Source: Thermoplasmata archaeon
GTDB lineage: Archaea > Thermoplasmatota > Thermoplasmata > Lutacidiplasmatales > UBA184
NCBI GenBank assembly: GCA_022750435.1
Contig: JAKIVS010000001.1
Coordinates: 286,895-350,894, forward strand
Direction: 5' to 3'
Length of the DNA stretch: 64,000 nucleotides
Both the position numbers and the translations under genes were made by a program. Under the pieces are notes generated by a model. That model was not told the DNA's origin. It searched no databases and saw only the letters and a program-made list of their open reading frames with translations. This document shows positions 1-9,030 of this stretch, piece by piece; within the stretch, counting starts at the first letter, position 1, and the number at the start of each line of letters is the position of its first letter.

Positions 1-543
1 GTTCCGTCGTCCGGGACCGCGGCCGTGCTGGGGCTGCTGATCACGGCCGGCCTCGCGTCGCTGGTGGTGCTCGACCTCAGCGCGCTGGCCGTCGGCGAGG
101 ACCTGGCCCTTCGGGCGCACTCTTTGACCTTCGCCCTCCCCCAGTCCCGCGGGAGCGCGTTGGCCGGCCGCCTGCTCGTCGTGCTGGGCGGCTCGGTGGG
201 CGCGTATGCCCTGGGCGCCGTCGCGGTGCTCTCCCTGGCGGGCGCGCTCGTTCCCGCGAATTCCGCGGCCTTCGGCCCGATCCTCGCACCGGGGCATCTG
301 GCCCTGGGAATCTCCGGTCTCCTCGTCTTCCTCGGCGGAGTGACGGCAGCGGCTGCCGTCGTGACGCGGAGCGCCGCCCAGGCGCTCGTGGCGGGTGTGC
401 TCGCCGGTGTCGTGGCGGCGGGAGTCGGGAGCCTCTTCCTCCTCCAGGGTCGCCTCACCGCCGGTTTCCCGGTCGCCCTCGCCGGAGTCGGACTGGTGGC
501 GCTCGCCTACTGCCTCTTCCAGTACTCCCGGCTCGACGGCTGA
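1..543 (+). CDS. Integral membrane protein, 5' end probably outside the window
   Basis: ORF 25..543, and the frame stays open back to base 1. The product is almost entirely Ala/Leu/Gly/Val hydrophobic helices (LLITAGLASLVVL, GLVALAYCLFQY). No family recognised. Confidence 0.45.
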   Translation, partial: VPSSGTAAVLGLLITAGLASLVVLDLSALAVGEDLALRAHSLTFALPQSRGSALAGRLLVVLGGSVGAYALGAVAVLSLAGALVPANSAAFGPILAPGHLALGISGLLVFLGGVTAAAAVVTRSAAQALVAGVLAGVVAAGVGSLFLLQGRLTAGFPVALAGVGLVALAYCLFQYSRLDG

Positions 544-669
544 GCCGCAGCCCCGACGAGATTCTCGACGGAGTCCGAACTTCCCCACCCGTCGGCCCGC
601 CCTCGCCCCGGACCCGTCGACCTGCAAACGGTTATCAGGCTCGAACGGGACGCGGGAATCGGTGGGGAT

Positions 670-3600
670 TTGACGGATTTCGTTGCTCGTTCCGGACGCG
701 CTGGGGCTCGAAGCGGTGTTCGGGCTCCGTCCGCTCGGTTCGCGGTCGTCGCCGCGGTCGGACTCCTCCTCCTCGGCTCCGCGCTCCTCGTCTCGATTCC
801 CGCCACGTCGACCCACCGGTTCGCGTCCCTCTCCCACCTTCTGTACGACCGGCCCCATGACCCGCCGGCCGCGGCGCCGGCGGGAGTGGGGACCGTCGTC
901 GACACGCTCGAGCTGACGACGAACCGGCTCCTGCCCGGGAACCAGCAGCTTCCGGTGCAATCGGACCCCCAGATGGTCCTCTTCGACCCCGCTACAGGGA
1001 ACTTCTACGTCCGGGGGGGCGCGGGGGAGACGCTCACGGTCGTGAACGCCTCCACCGACACGGTGCTGACCGCCCTTACGATCGGGTACGGGGGCAGCGC
1101 GTACATCCCGAACGTCCCGACGATGGCGATCGATTCGACCACGGGGTACCTGTACGAGACGAACCCGTCCGCGAGCACGGTCGGCGTCGTCCAAACCTCG
1201 ACGAACACCCTGGTCGCCAACGTCTCCGTTGGCGGCAGCCCCGGCGGGATCGTGTTCGACCCGTCGAGCGGGAACCTCTACACCAGCAACTGGGTCAACG
1301 GCACGGTCTCGGTCATCTCCGGATCGACGAACACCGTGGTGGCCACGATCCCGGTCGGCGGCGAGGCCGGCGCCATCCTGTACGACTCGGTCGACCAGGA
1401 GGTCTTCGTCTCCAACTTCAACAAGGGAAACGTCTCCGTCATCGACACCTCCACGGAGACGGTCGTCGCGAATCCGGTCACCGGTATCGCCAGCGGGGAG
1501 CCCGTCGCCCTCGCGCTGGACTCCCAGGACGACCTCGTGAGCGTCGTCAATTCGCTCACCGACAACGTGACCGTCATCAACGGAACGACGAACGCGGCGA
1601 TGACCTCGGTTGGAGTCGGGACGGTCCCCACGTCCGCGACGTACGCTCCGAGCACCGACACGCTGCTCGTCGCGAACGGGGCCTCGAACAACATCACCGT
1701 CCTCCAGCAGCCCGCGGAGACGATCCTCGCGACGATTGCCATCGGGCATGGCGCGCAGGGAGCCGCCGAGGATCCCGTCAGCGGCGATATCTACATCGCG
1801 GACTACGGCGCCAACTCCGTCGCCGTCGTCGACCCGGCCAACAACAGCCTGATCGCCACCGTCACGACCAACAACTTCCCCGAAGACCTCGGCGTCGACA
1901 CCTCGTCGGGCAATGTCTACGTCGGCAACGAGGGGACGTCCCAGGTGGACTCGAACCTGACGGTCATTTCCGGATCGAGCGGGACGTCCGTCGCCTCGAT
2001 CCCCCTCGTCGTCTACCCTACGAGCCTGACGGCCGCTCCGAACGGGAAGGTCTACGCCGTCGACCACGGCGGCGTCGGCGCCTTCATCATCCCGGAAACG
2101 ACGAACCGGGAGGGCGGCTACGCTCCCTCGGCGTCCCCGGGCCCCGTCGTCTCGGCGTACGACACTGCCACAGGGGACCTGTGGATCGCCAGCGCGGGCA
2201 CGGGGACCGTCAACGTCGTCACCGCCTCCGGAAGCCCGGTGGCCACCCTGGAACTGGGGTTCGACACCGACGGTCTCGCCTACGACGCCGGGAACGGCCG
2301 GATCTACGTCTCCAACTACTACAGCGGCAACGTCACCATCGTCAACGGGGCGACGGAGACCGTCGTGAGCGTGCTCACGGTCGCCGCGTTCAACAGCCTC
2401 GGCGCCGAGATCTACGACCCCGTGGACCACGCCGTGTACGTGGCGGACTACTCGTACCACAACGTCACCGTGGTGAACGGGGCGTCGACGAACGGCTCCA
2501 TCCAAGTCGGGAGCGATCCGACGTCGTTCGCCTACGACCCGGAGAACGGCACGATCTTCGTCGCCAACTACGGCTCGAACAACATCAGCGTCATCAACGC
2601 GTTGACGAACCAGGTCACCGGCAGCATCGGGGGCTACTTCCCCGAGTATCTGGCGTACGACGCCGCGACCAACGCGTTGTACGTCTCCACGAGCGAGAAC
2701 GGCGAGGTGGACGCCGTCAACGCGACGACGTACGCCTCGCTCGGAACCCCTCTGCTCATCCAGGACTCGATCGACTCCGGCGGGATCGCGTACGGCGCGA
2801 CCTCCCAGGAGATCTACGTCGCCAACACCTACGACAGCTCGATCTCGATCCTCTCGAGCTCGGCGGCCCCGACGAACGCCACCTACCCCGTGACCTTCGT
2901 GGAATCCGGGCTCGTTGGCTCGCCGACCTGGGAGGTTACTCTCGGGTCGGTTCCGAACAGCTCCAGCACGAACCAGATCGGATTCGTGGAACCGAACGGG
3001 ACCTACGGCTTCGTGGTCGGGACCGTACCGGGGTACGTCGTGAACGTTTCGTCCGGGGACGTCACGGTCCTCGGCGCCTCGAAGACGGTCGACCTTGGGT
3101 TCACCGCCGCCATGGGCGGAGGCGGCGGCAGCTACCCCGTGCAGTTCAACGAGTCCGGCCTCCTCCAAGGAACCCCGTGGGGCGTCTCGCTGTCGCCGAG
3201 CGGCGCGACGGGAGCGTCCACCGCCGATGCCCCCAGCCCCATCGTCTTCGAGGCACCGAACGCGAGCTACACCTTCACGGTCCACGCCGTCACCGGCTAC
3301 ACCTCGGCTCCGGGGACCGGTACGGTGGCCGTCGCGGGTCAGCCGCGGTACCAAACGATCGACTTCACCGCGGTCCCGTCGCCCCTTACGGCGACGCTCG
3401 CCGTCGCACCGGCCGAGGTGACGCTCGGGGCGACGTCCACCCTCACGACCACCGCCAGCGGCGGGTCGCCGTCCTACTCGTACTCCTACTCCGGCCTACC
3501 GGCGGGCTGCGCCTCGGACAACAGCGCGACCGTCCAATGCACGCCGACCGTGACGGGGACCTTCGCCATCACCGTCAACGTGACCGATTCGGCGAAGCTG

Positions 3601-3831
3601 ACAGTGGAGGCTCATGCGACGTTGCAGGTCATTCCCCCTGTGAGTACGAACATCTCCCCGAGCGGCTCCTCGAATTGGGTGTGGGAGATCGTCGGGGGAC
3701 TCGTGATTCTCTTCGCCCTGCTCCTTCTGTTCGTCTGGTGGCGGCGCCGCAAGAAGGCGGAGCCGGCCCTGCCCCCAACACCGGGCCCGGCGACCTCGAT
3801 TCCGGCACCGCCACCGAGCGGTCCGTCCTAG
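670..3831 (+). CDS. Giant cell-surface protein: about 15 YVTN/YncE-type beta-propeller blades, two YPVTF..W.V.L domains, a PKD-like module and a C-terminal TM anchor
   Basis: TTG-start ORF. N-terminal hydrophobic signal/anchor (RFAVVAAVGLLLLGSALLV). Repeated ~40-aa blades (TIFVANYGSNNISVINALTNQV, RIYVSNYYSGNVTIVNGATETV, DIYIADYGANSVAVVDPANNSL). Two ~90-aa modules start YPVTFVESGLVGSPTWEVTL and YPVQFNESGLLQGTPWGVSL. PKD-like GGSPSYSYSYSGLP. C-terminal helix VGGLVILFALLLLFVWW followed by RRRKK. Many N-x-S/T sequons. Confidence 0.8.
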   Translation: MTDFVARSGRAGARSGVRAPSARFAVVAAVGLLLLGSALLVSIPATSTHRFASLSHLLYDRPHDPPAAAPAGVGTVVDTLELTTNRLLPGNQQLPVQSDPQMVLFDPATGNFYVRGGAGETLTVVNASTDTVLTALTIGYGGSAYIPNVPTMAIDSTTGYLYETNPSASTVGVVQTSTNTLVANVSVGGSPGGIVFDPSSGNLYTSNWVNGTVSVISGSTNTVVATIPVGGEAGAILYDSVDQEVFVSNFNKGNVSVIDTSTETVVANPVTGIASGEPVALALDSQDDLVSVVNSLTDNVTVINGTTNAAMTSVGVGTVPTSATYAPSTDTLLVANGASNNITVLQQPAETILATIAIGHGAQGAAEDPVSGDIYIADYGANSVAVVDPANNSLIATVTTNNFPEDLGVDTSSGNVYVGNEGTSQVDSNLTVISGSSGTSVASIPLVVYPTSLTAAPNGKVYAVDHGGVGAFIIPETTNREGGYAPSASPGPVVSAYDTATGDLWIASAGTGTVNVVTASGSPVATLELGFDTDGLAYDAGNGRIYVSNYYSGNVTIVNGATETVVSVLTVAAFNSLGAEIYDPVDHAVYVADYSYHNVTVVNGASTNGSIQVGSDPTSFAYDPENGTIFVANYGSNNISVINALTNQVTGSIGGYFPEYLAYDAATNALYVSTSENGEVDAVNATTYASLGTPLLIQDSIDSGGIAYGATSQEIYVANTYDSSISILSSSAAPTNATYPVTFVESGLVGSPTWEVTLGSVPNSSSTNQIGFVEPNGTYGFVVGTVPGYVVNVSSGDVTVLGASKTVDLGFTAAMGGGGGSYPVQFNESGLLQGTPWGVSLSPSGATGASTADAPSPIVFEAPNASYTFTVHAVTGYTSAPGTGTVAVAGQPRYQTIDFTAVPSPLTATLAVAPAEVTLGATSTLTTTASGGSPSYSYSYSGLPAGCASDNSATVQCTPTVTGTFAITVNVTDSAKLTVEAHATLQVIPPVSTNISPSGSSNWVWEIVGGLVILFALLLLFVWWRRRKKAEPALPPTPGPATSIPAPPPSGPS

Positions 3832-4387
3832 CGGGCGGGAACAGCCAGCGGCCGTAGTTTGGCGACTCTGCCCAGGCTCGCATCGGTGTTCGTGGTCCCG
3901 GGGAACGGGATCGTCGCCCCGTTGGAAGCGCGACCTTCTCGCAGATCGCCTTCGTGAGCTGGGCTCGCTGGCGAACCCTTCCCCCCGGATCGCCCGCTCG
4001 AAAGGATCCGGGACCGTCCGTCGGCGGCGTCCGGCGCGGAAGCGTCCGTCGGAGTACGCACGGAGACGAACCGACCCGGGTTCGACTCACCGACGGGAGA
4101 TTCGACGCCGCCCAAGCGTCCGGGGTTCGATCGGAGAGTTCGCCCCGGCGGTCTCCCGCCGACGGGCGGTCGGTCATGGCGGCGGAGGAGCGCGACCGCT
4201 GGTTGTTCGTGGAGGCGGGCCACGCTGGGTCGCGCGCGAGCGCCCGACCGCCGGGTCCGACCGCGACGCGAAGTCCCGGCAGCGTCCTCGCTAGGTTCGC
4301 CTCCCGCAGCCGAGGCGCGGATGTCACTGCTCGCCCGCGCCAAGGGGACGTGCCGGGGGAGCGGTCCGGCGGGCCCGGGAGCCGAAC

Positions 4388-4666
4388 TCAGGGCGCCGGA
4401 GTAGAACGGGGCGGGTCGGCCGGGGGCGCGAGCTTCTCTCGCTTCGGAAAATAGACGTACACGAGATACGCGAGGATGGCGACGTACAGGATCACGCCAC
4501 CGATGATGGCGAGCACGACGTTCTCCCACACCCGGGAGGTGCCCACGTCCTGGATGTACCCCAGGAGGGCCGAGACCGCGACGGTGAAGGCCACGCCCAG
4601 TGCCATCTGAAGGCGAGTCGGCCGCCGACGGTACAACACCGCAGCAATCAGCCCGGGAGCGAACAT
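4388..4666 (-). CDS. Small membrane protein (3 predicted helices)
   Basis: 92-aa ORF with hydrophobic helices (GVAFTVAVSALLGYI, VVLAIIGGVILYVAILAYLVYVYF). Lies downstream of the FN3 surface-protein gene on the same strand. No family recognised. Confidence 0.45.
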   Translation of the reverse strand: MFAPGLIAAVLYRRRPTRLQMALGVAFTVAVSALLGYIQDVGTSRVWENVVLAIIGGVILYVAILAYLVYVYFPKREKLAPPADPPRSTPAP

Positions 4667-4895
4667 CCAGGGCCCGAGAGGGCCCGGCTACTTAGGTGGG
4701 CCCACGGGAGCGGCGGATCCCCCCCTCGGAGTTCCGCCCGCCGAAGTCGAGTCGACCGCGCGAGGCTCGTGCGCACTCACGGCCCGAGCGAGCCGAGAGT
4801 TCCCGGCACGATCGCGGACGAAGGAACCGCCCACTCCCCCCGCTCCGACTCCGGCACGCGGAGCCCCCGACGTCCGCCAAAAATGCCCGGCCGTA

Positions 4896-7565
4896 TCACG
4901 GAAGACGTCGGCGTCGCCGCTGGAGGGCCAGGGCCACGACCACGATCAGGGCTCCTGCGATGGCCAGTCCTCCGAGGACGGGCACCGACGTGTCGCAGGG
5001 GGTGCCGCATACCGGTCCGCCTCCGGGGCTCGCATCGTTCCTCTCCGTCGTGCCGTTGACGAACGGAAGGTACCCCGACCCGATCGTCACGTTCCACGTG
5101 GCGACCGTGAACTGATAAGCCGTGTTCGGAAGCAGCGAACCGACGGTGAACGCGGCGGCGCGAGCGCCCAACGAGAACGTGACGTTGGTGGCACCCGCTT
5201 GCTGCACGTGATACTCCAGGCTGACATTGCCGACCCCGGTCGCCGGGAGCGTCCACGCCAGCGAGACGCTCGTCGTCGTGGCGGACGTCACCCGCAATCC
5301 GCTCGGCGGACTCGGCCCGGAGCTCCCGGGGCTCGTCGTCCAAACCGGAATCTCGGCGGAGCGCGAGGACGGCGCGGTCACGTTCCAGTTCCACGCCCCC
5401 ACCGAGACGACGTAGGGCGAGTCCGGCGTGAGGTCGGGGAGGGAGGCTGAGGCCGCGGTACCTTCCGAGATCGTCCAGGTGATGGCGGAGCCGGCCGGCC
5501 CATAGTAGATGGTGATGTTCGTGAAACTTCCCGCGGTCGGATTGGTCCAGGACACCGAGACCGTCGTGCTGGTGTTCCCCGTCTGGTGCAACCCCGTCGG
5601 GGCCGAGGGCGCCGCGAAGAGCGTCGTCCCGCCGGCCCTCGGCGAGGTGAGGCTAGGAACGGTGCCGTTCCACGCCGTGACCTCCACGAAATAGGTCGTG
5701 CCCGAGGACAAACCCGCGATCGTCGCCATCGCGGCCGTTCCCTCCGAGATCACCTCCGTCACCGGCCTCGCCCTCGTTCCGTAGGTCAGCGAGATGTTGT
5801 CGAAGGACGACACCGGAACTGGGTTCGTCCACGTCAAGGAAAGCGAGGTGAGGGTCGCCCCCGTGACCACGAGCGAGGTGGGCGCGGCGGGCGTGCCCGA
5901 GAGCGTGGTGGCCGTGGCGCAGTTGCTCACCGTGCTGTTCCCCGACGCATTCCACGCGACGACGGCCAACGCGTACGCGGTTCCGCCCAACAACCCCGTG
6001 GAGGTGTGACTTGTGATCGGTCCGGCCCCGGAGGTCGTGCCAATCAGGGCGGAGCATGTGGAGCCCGCGTAGAGGAACGTCGTGTCGTTCACGATTCCCG
6101 GGCTCGGGCTCTGAGTCCAGGTCCACTGGAGGGACGAGGAGGTGAGCGCCATGCCGCTCACCGGCCCAACCGGAAGTGGTGGAGTGGGAGAGACCGTAGG
6201 GTTGACCGGGAGCCAGTACACCATCAGCGTGCACACCGTGCCGCACGACTTCGCGGAGGAGCTGCCGTTGTCCATGATGGCATTCTCCCATCCCGACGGG
6301 TTCCCGATGAACTGCCACGAGTTGACCCACGGGCCCCCCCCGAACCCAAAGTTGTAGCTTTGTAGGAACGTGTTGAACCACGTGGCATTGGCTCCGCCGA
6401 GATCGAAGATCCCCGAGTCGTTGAGCGGGTCGATGTAGGGCCCCTGACTCGCGGGGCCGACGGTGGGATTGTAGCCGTTGAAGAAGTACTGCGAGTCGTC
6501 CCAGTACGCGTAGGCGGACGGGTCGGTCGTCCCCAACGTGCCCGTGTCCTTCGTCGTGGGGTCGCCGTCGAGGCTCATGTTGCGGTAGAGTGAGATGACC
6601 ATGTTGCGATTCGGGTCCCCTCCGCCACCGAGACCCCAGAGCGTGGTCCGGGGTCCCGAGACGTTGAAGAAATAGGGCATGTTCTCGAAGTCGGTTCCCG
6701 AGATCGTCCCTCCCCACCGAGTGAGGATGTGGATGGTCGGAGACGAGCCGCTCGCGAAGGTGGCGTTGAACGCCCGCACCTCGAGCGTGTCGTTGGAGGT
6801 CTGATCGACGTCCTCGATGACCTGGTCCGCGCCGGGCACGTAGGTCCCGCTGTTCCAATTCGGCAACGCGGGGGCCGAGGCGGTCGCCAGCACATGCGAA
6901 TAGACGTTGAACAGGTCGACGGTCGATTCCGCGAAGTTCGTGTAGAAGACCCACCCCGAAGCATTGAACGCACCGAGGTTCACATTCGTCGAGCTCGTGC
7001 CTTCGTCGATGGTTGTGTTCGCCCAGGAAAACGTCCCGTTGGCAATGCTGTACCACTCCACGTCGACGTACCCGTGGCTGTTGGAACCCATCTCGTACAG
7101 CGCGGAGAGCGTGCCGCTCCATCCCTGGAATCCCTGGACCATCGCCGGGCTATCGTAGCTCGACAGATTCGTTGGCCACGCGCCGAGGGTGCGGTAGACG
7201 CCCGTCTGCAGGTCGTAGGAGAGGAGATGACCCGAGGCGTTGACGTAGAAGGCGGTCATCTGCGCGCCCGGAATCTGATTGCTCACCACGAGGGAGTCGA
7301 ACATGTTCACCCCCGGGAAAAAGTGACGGGTGCCCGGATAGAACTTCAGGGAGTAGTTCTTCCAGTCAATCGTCTGGTTCCAGTAGGTCCATCCCGGGGG
7401 GAGACCCCCGGCCCGATCCGGGATCGGCGGCGTCGGAGTCTGGACGACCGCGGGGGCGAGGGGTGGCGGCGACGCTGGGGTCCAAGGTGCCGACGAGAAC
7501 GTCGGTGCGGCCGACAGGACGAACGCGACGGCGAAGGCCACGGCGAGCAGGGTTCGGAGGTGCAT
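4896..7565 (-). CDS. Secreted, membrane-anchored surface protein with an unassigned ~450-aa N-terminal domain and four FN3-like modules
   Basis: Signal peptide MHLRTLLAVAFAVAFVLSAAPTFSSA. FN3-like repeats (PTSLVVTGATLTSLSLTWTNP, PTGLHQTGNTSTTVSVSWTNP, PSGLRVTSATTTSVSLAWTLP). C-terminal helix LGGLAIAGALIVVVALAL followed by QRRRRR. Very dense N-x-S/T sequons. Confidence 0.8.
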   Translation of the reverse strand: MHLRTLLAVAFAVAFVLSAAPTFSSAPWTPASPPPLAPAVVQTPTPPIPDRAGGLPPGWTYWNQTIDWKNYSLKFYPGTRHFFPGVNMFDSLVVSNQIPGAQMTAFYVNASGHLLSYDLQTGVYRTLGAWPTNLSSYDSPAMVQGFQGWSGTLSALYEMGSNSHGYVDVEWYSIANGTFSWANTTIDEGTSSTNVNLGAFNASGWVFYTNFAESTVDLFNVYSHVLATASAPALPNWNSGTYVPGADQVIEDVDQTSNDTLEVRAFNATFASGSSPTIHILTRWGGTISGTDFENMPYFFNVSGPRTTLWGLGGGGDPNRNMVISLYRNMSLDGDPTTKDTGTLGTTDPSAYAYWDDSQYFFNGYNPTVGPASQGPYIDPLNDSGIFDLGGANATWFNTFLQSYNFGFGGGPWVNSWQFIGNPSGWENAIMDNGSSSAKSCGTVCTLMVYWLPVNPTVSPTPPLPVGPVSGMALTSSSLQWTWTQSPSPGIVNDTTFLYAGSTCSALIGTTSGAGPITSHTSTGLLGGTAYALAVVAWNASGNSTVSNCATATTLSGTPAAPTSLVVTGATLTSLSLTWTNPVPVSSFDNISLTYGTRARPVTEVISEGTAAMATIAGLSSGTTYFVEVTAWNGTVPSLTSPRAGGTTLFAAPSAPTGLHQTGNTSTTVSVSWTNPTAGSFTNITIYYGPAGSAITWTISEGTAASASLPDLTPDSPYVVSVGAWNWNVTAPSSRSAEIPVWTTSPGSSGPSPPSGLRVTSATTTSVSLAWTLPATGVGNVSLEYHVQQAGATNVTFSLGARAAAFTVGSLLPNTAYQFTVATWNVTIGSGYLPFVNGTTERNDASPGGGPVCGTPCDTSVPVLGGLAIAGALIVVVALALQRRRRRLP

Positions 7566-7739
7566 TTCTGCCGCGAGACGCGGGACGCCGCATCCGCGAT
7601 TTGAGTTGTTCGGTTCGGCTCTCAGTCCCGCCTTCGCGGGTCTCTCATGGGAACGGAAGCGGGACCCCCGGGTCCCTGCGGGATCCGAGGCTACCGAGGC
7701 GGAGGGGTCCGACGTTCCGGATCGGGGGGCGCCGGTCCG

Positions 7740-8966
7740 CTAGCCCAGACCCGGCAACGGTCGGCCGTCGACCTCTACGCGGGCGCCGACGTTGATCGCG
7801 AACCCGAAGAACGGGGACTTGTTCGCCCCCCCGTTGAAGATATTCCCTCCGACCGTCACCATCACCGCGCCTTTCTCGACGTCCTCGACCTGCGGTGTAT
7901 CGTGCAGCGCCGGGTTCAGCCCGATGCTGAACTGGCCGGGTTGGTCCCGCCCTTTGCCCCCGGCCCGGAACCCTTCCTCGAACGCCTCGCCGCCGGACGC
8001 GAAGTGGTGATCGACGAGCCTCCCCTTCCGGAACTCGAACGACCCACCGGTCGCGGTGGCGGTCTCAAAGTAATCGGTCCGGTTTGCGACGAACGTGCCG
8101 TCGGCTACCGCCTCATCGAGCGCGACCCGAATCGAACCGGCCGGTAACCCGCCCATGCTCGCGAAGACGCTCGGTCGGGGTGGGGGCGGGACGCGCCCCG
8201 CGTTGACGGTCGCCTTCCGGCCCCGAAGGCCGAGCGTGAGGTCGGTCCCGGCGTCGTCGCGAATGCGGAGCTTGCGGCCGCGTTCGAGCGCGCGGGCGAT
8301 CGGCGCCGCCGCTCGCTGGAGGGAGTCCGGGTCGACCAGGGTCGCGGCGAGGACCTGATCCATCCACGTCCGCTCGTCGACGCCGTACGCTTCCGCGAGG
8401 TTCGGGTACGGCCGGCCGAGCTCGAGCCGGAACCCTCGGAGACCCGCCTTCTTCGCGGCGGCGTACCAAGCATCGTTGAAGGCGAAGGCTCTTTGCCGCC
8501 GTTTCGCCGGGAGCTTCGCGAGCCGAACCTTGTCGCCGACGCCCCACATGTGCAGGTAGGCGTCGGTCTTTCCGAGCAGGGCCCACTCGTGGGCCGCCGC
8601 GGCCCCAAGAACCGCCTCCTCCTTTCGGTCGAGGGCGTCCCAGTAGGCGTCCTCGTCCTCGAACAGGATCACCGGGAGCGCGCCGAGGTGACGGGCCTCC
8701 CGCGCGAATGCAGTCGCCCAATCGAGGGTGTGGCTGAACCCCTCCACCGTCAGCCGCTCGCCCTTCTTCAGCTGGAGATTCTTCGTCAGCACCGAGCGGG
8801 CGACCTGGGACATCTTCTCCGGGGGAACGGGACTCGCGGACATCGACGGATTGGAGCCGACGCTTGTATTGAACCCGACCCCCTTCTTTGCGGCCGGGAA
8901 CTCCGGGATCGGCGGTGGAGTCCGGGCCGGCCCGTCCGACCTCCCCTCGGAGGGCGAAGTTCGCAC
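7740..8966 (-). CDS. M29 (AmpS/PepS/aminopeptidase T)-like aminopeptidase
   Basis: Motif order resembles thermophilic M29 aminopeptidases: KKGERLTVEGF near the N-terminus, GTDLTLGL, LPAGSIRV, then a C-terminal GAVMVTVGGN..GFAINVGARVEVDG. The true start may be an internal Met (8843 or 8813). Confidence 0.55.
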   Translation of the reverse strand: MRTSPSEGRSDGPARTPPPIPEFPAAKKGVGFNTSVGSNPSMSASPVPPEKMSQVARSVLTKNLQLKKGERLTVEGFSHTLDWATAFAREARHLGALPVILFEDEDAYWDALDRKEEAVLGAAAAHEWALLGKTDAYLHMWGVGDKVRLAKLPAKRRQRAFAFNDAWYAAAKKAGLRGFRLELGRPYPNLAEAYGVDERTWMDQVLAATLVDPDSLQRAAAPIARALERGRKLRIRDDAGTDLTLGLRGRKATVNAGRVPPPPRPSVFASMGGLPAGSIRVALDEAVADGTFVANRTDYFETATATGGSFEFRKGRLVDHHFASGGEAFEEGFRAGGKGRDQPGQFSIGLNPALHDTPQVEDVEKGAVMVTVGGNIFNGGANKSPFFGFAINVGARVEVDGRPLPGLG

Positions 8967-9030
8967 CGGGGGTCTCGTTGTGGACGCCGATTTGACTCGT
9001 CCTCAAAATACCTCCAAATAGCCCGACGCG

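Noticed and set aside
3832-4387. RNase P RNA or SRP RNA in the long non-coding gap
   Set aside because: I looked for the RNase P P4 strands (GGAAAGUCCGG / ACAGAA..GGCUUA) and the SRP helix-8 GGAAGG.AGCA-type motif on both strands. I found only a partial GAAGUCCCGGC at ~4268, with no partner strand at a compatible distance. This is not enough for an RNA-gene call.
670-7565. PGF-CTERM / archaeosortase-type sorting signals on the surface proteins
   Set aside because: The C-termini are plain TM helices followed by RRRKK or QRRRRR. There is no PGF (or similar) tripeptide preceding the helix.
7740-8966. Possible loss of catalytic metal ligands in the M29-like aminopeptidase (PAGSIRV where relatives have PTEEV-type sequence)
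   Set aside because: I cannot align reliably by eye across this divergent family. The apparent substitution may be an alignment error, so it is not reported as a finding.
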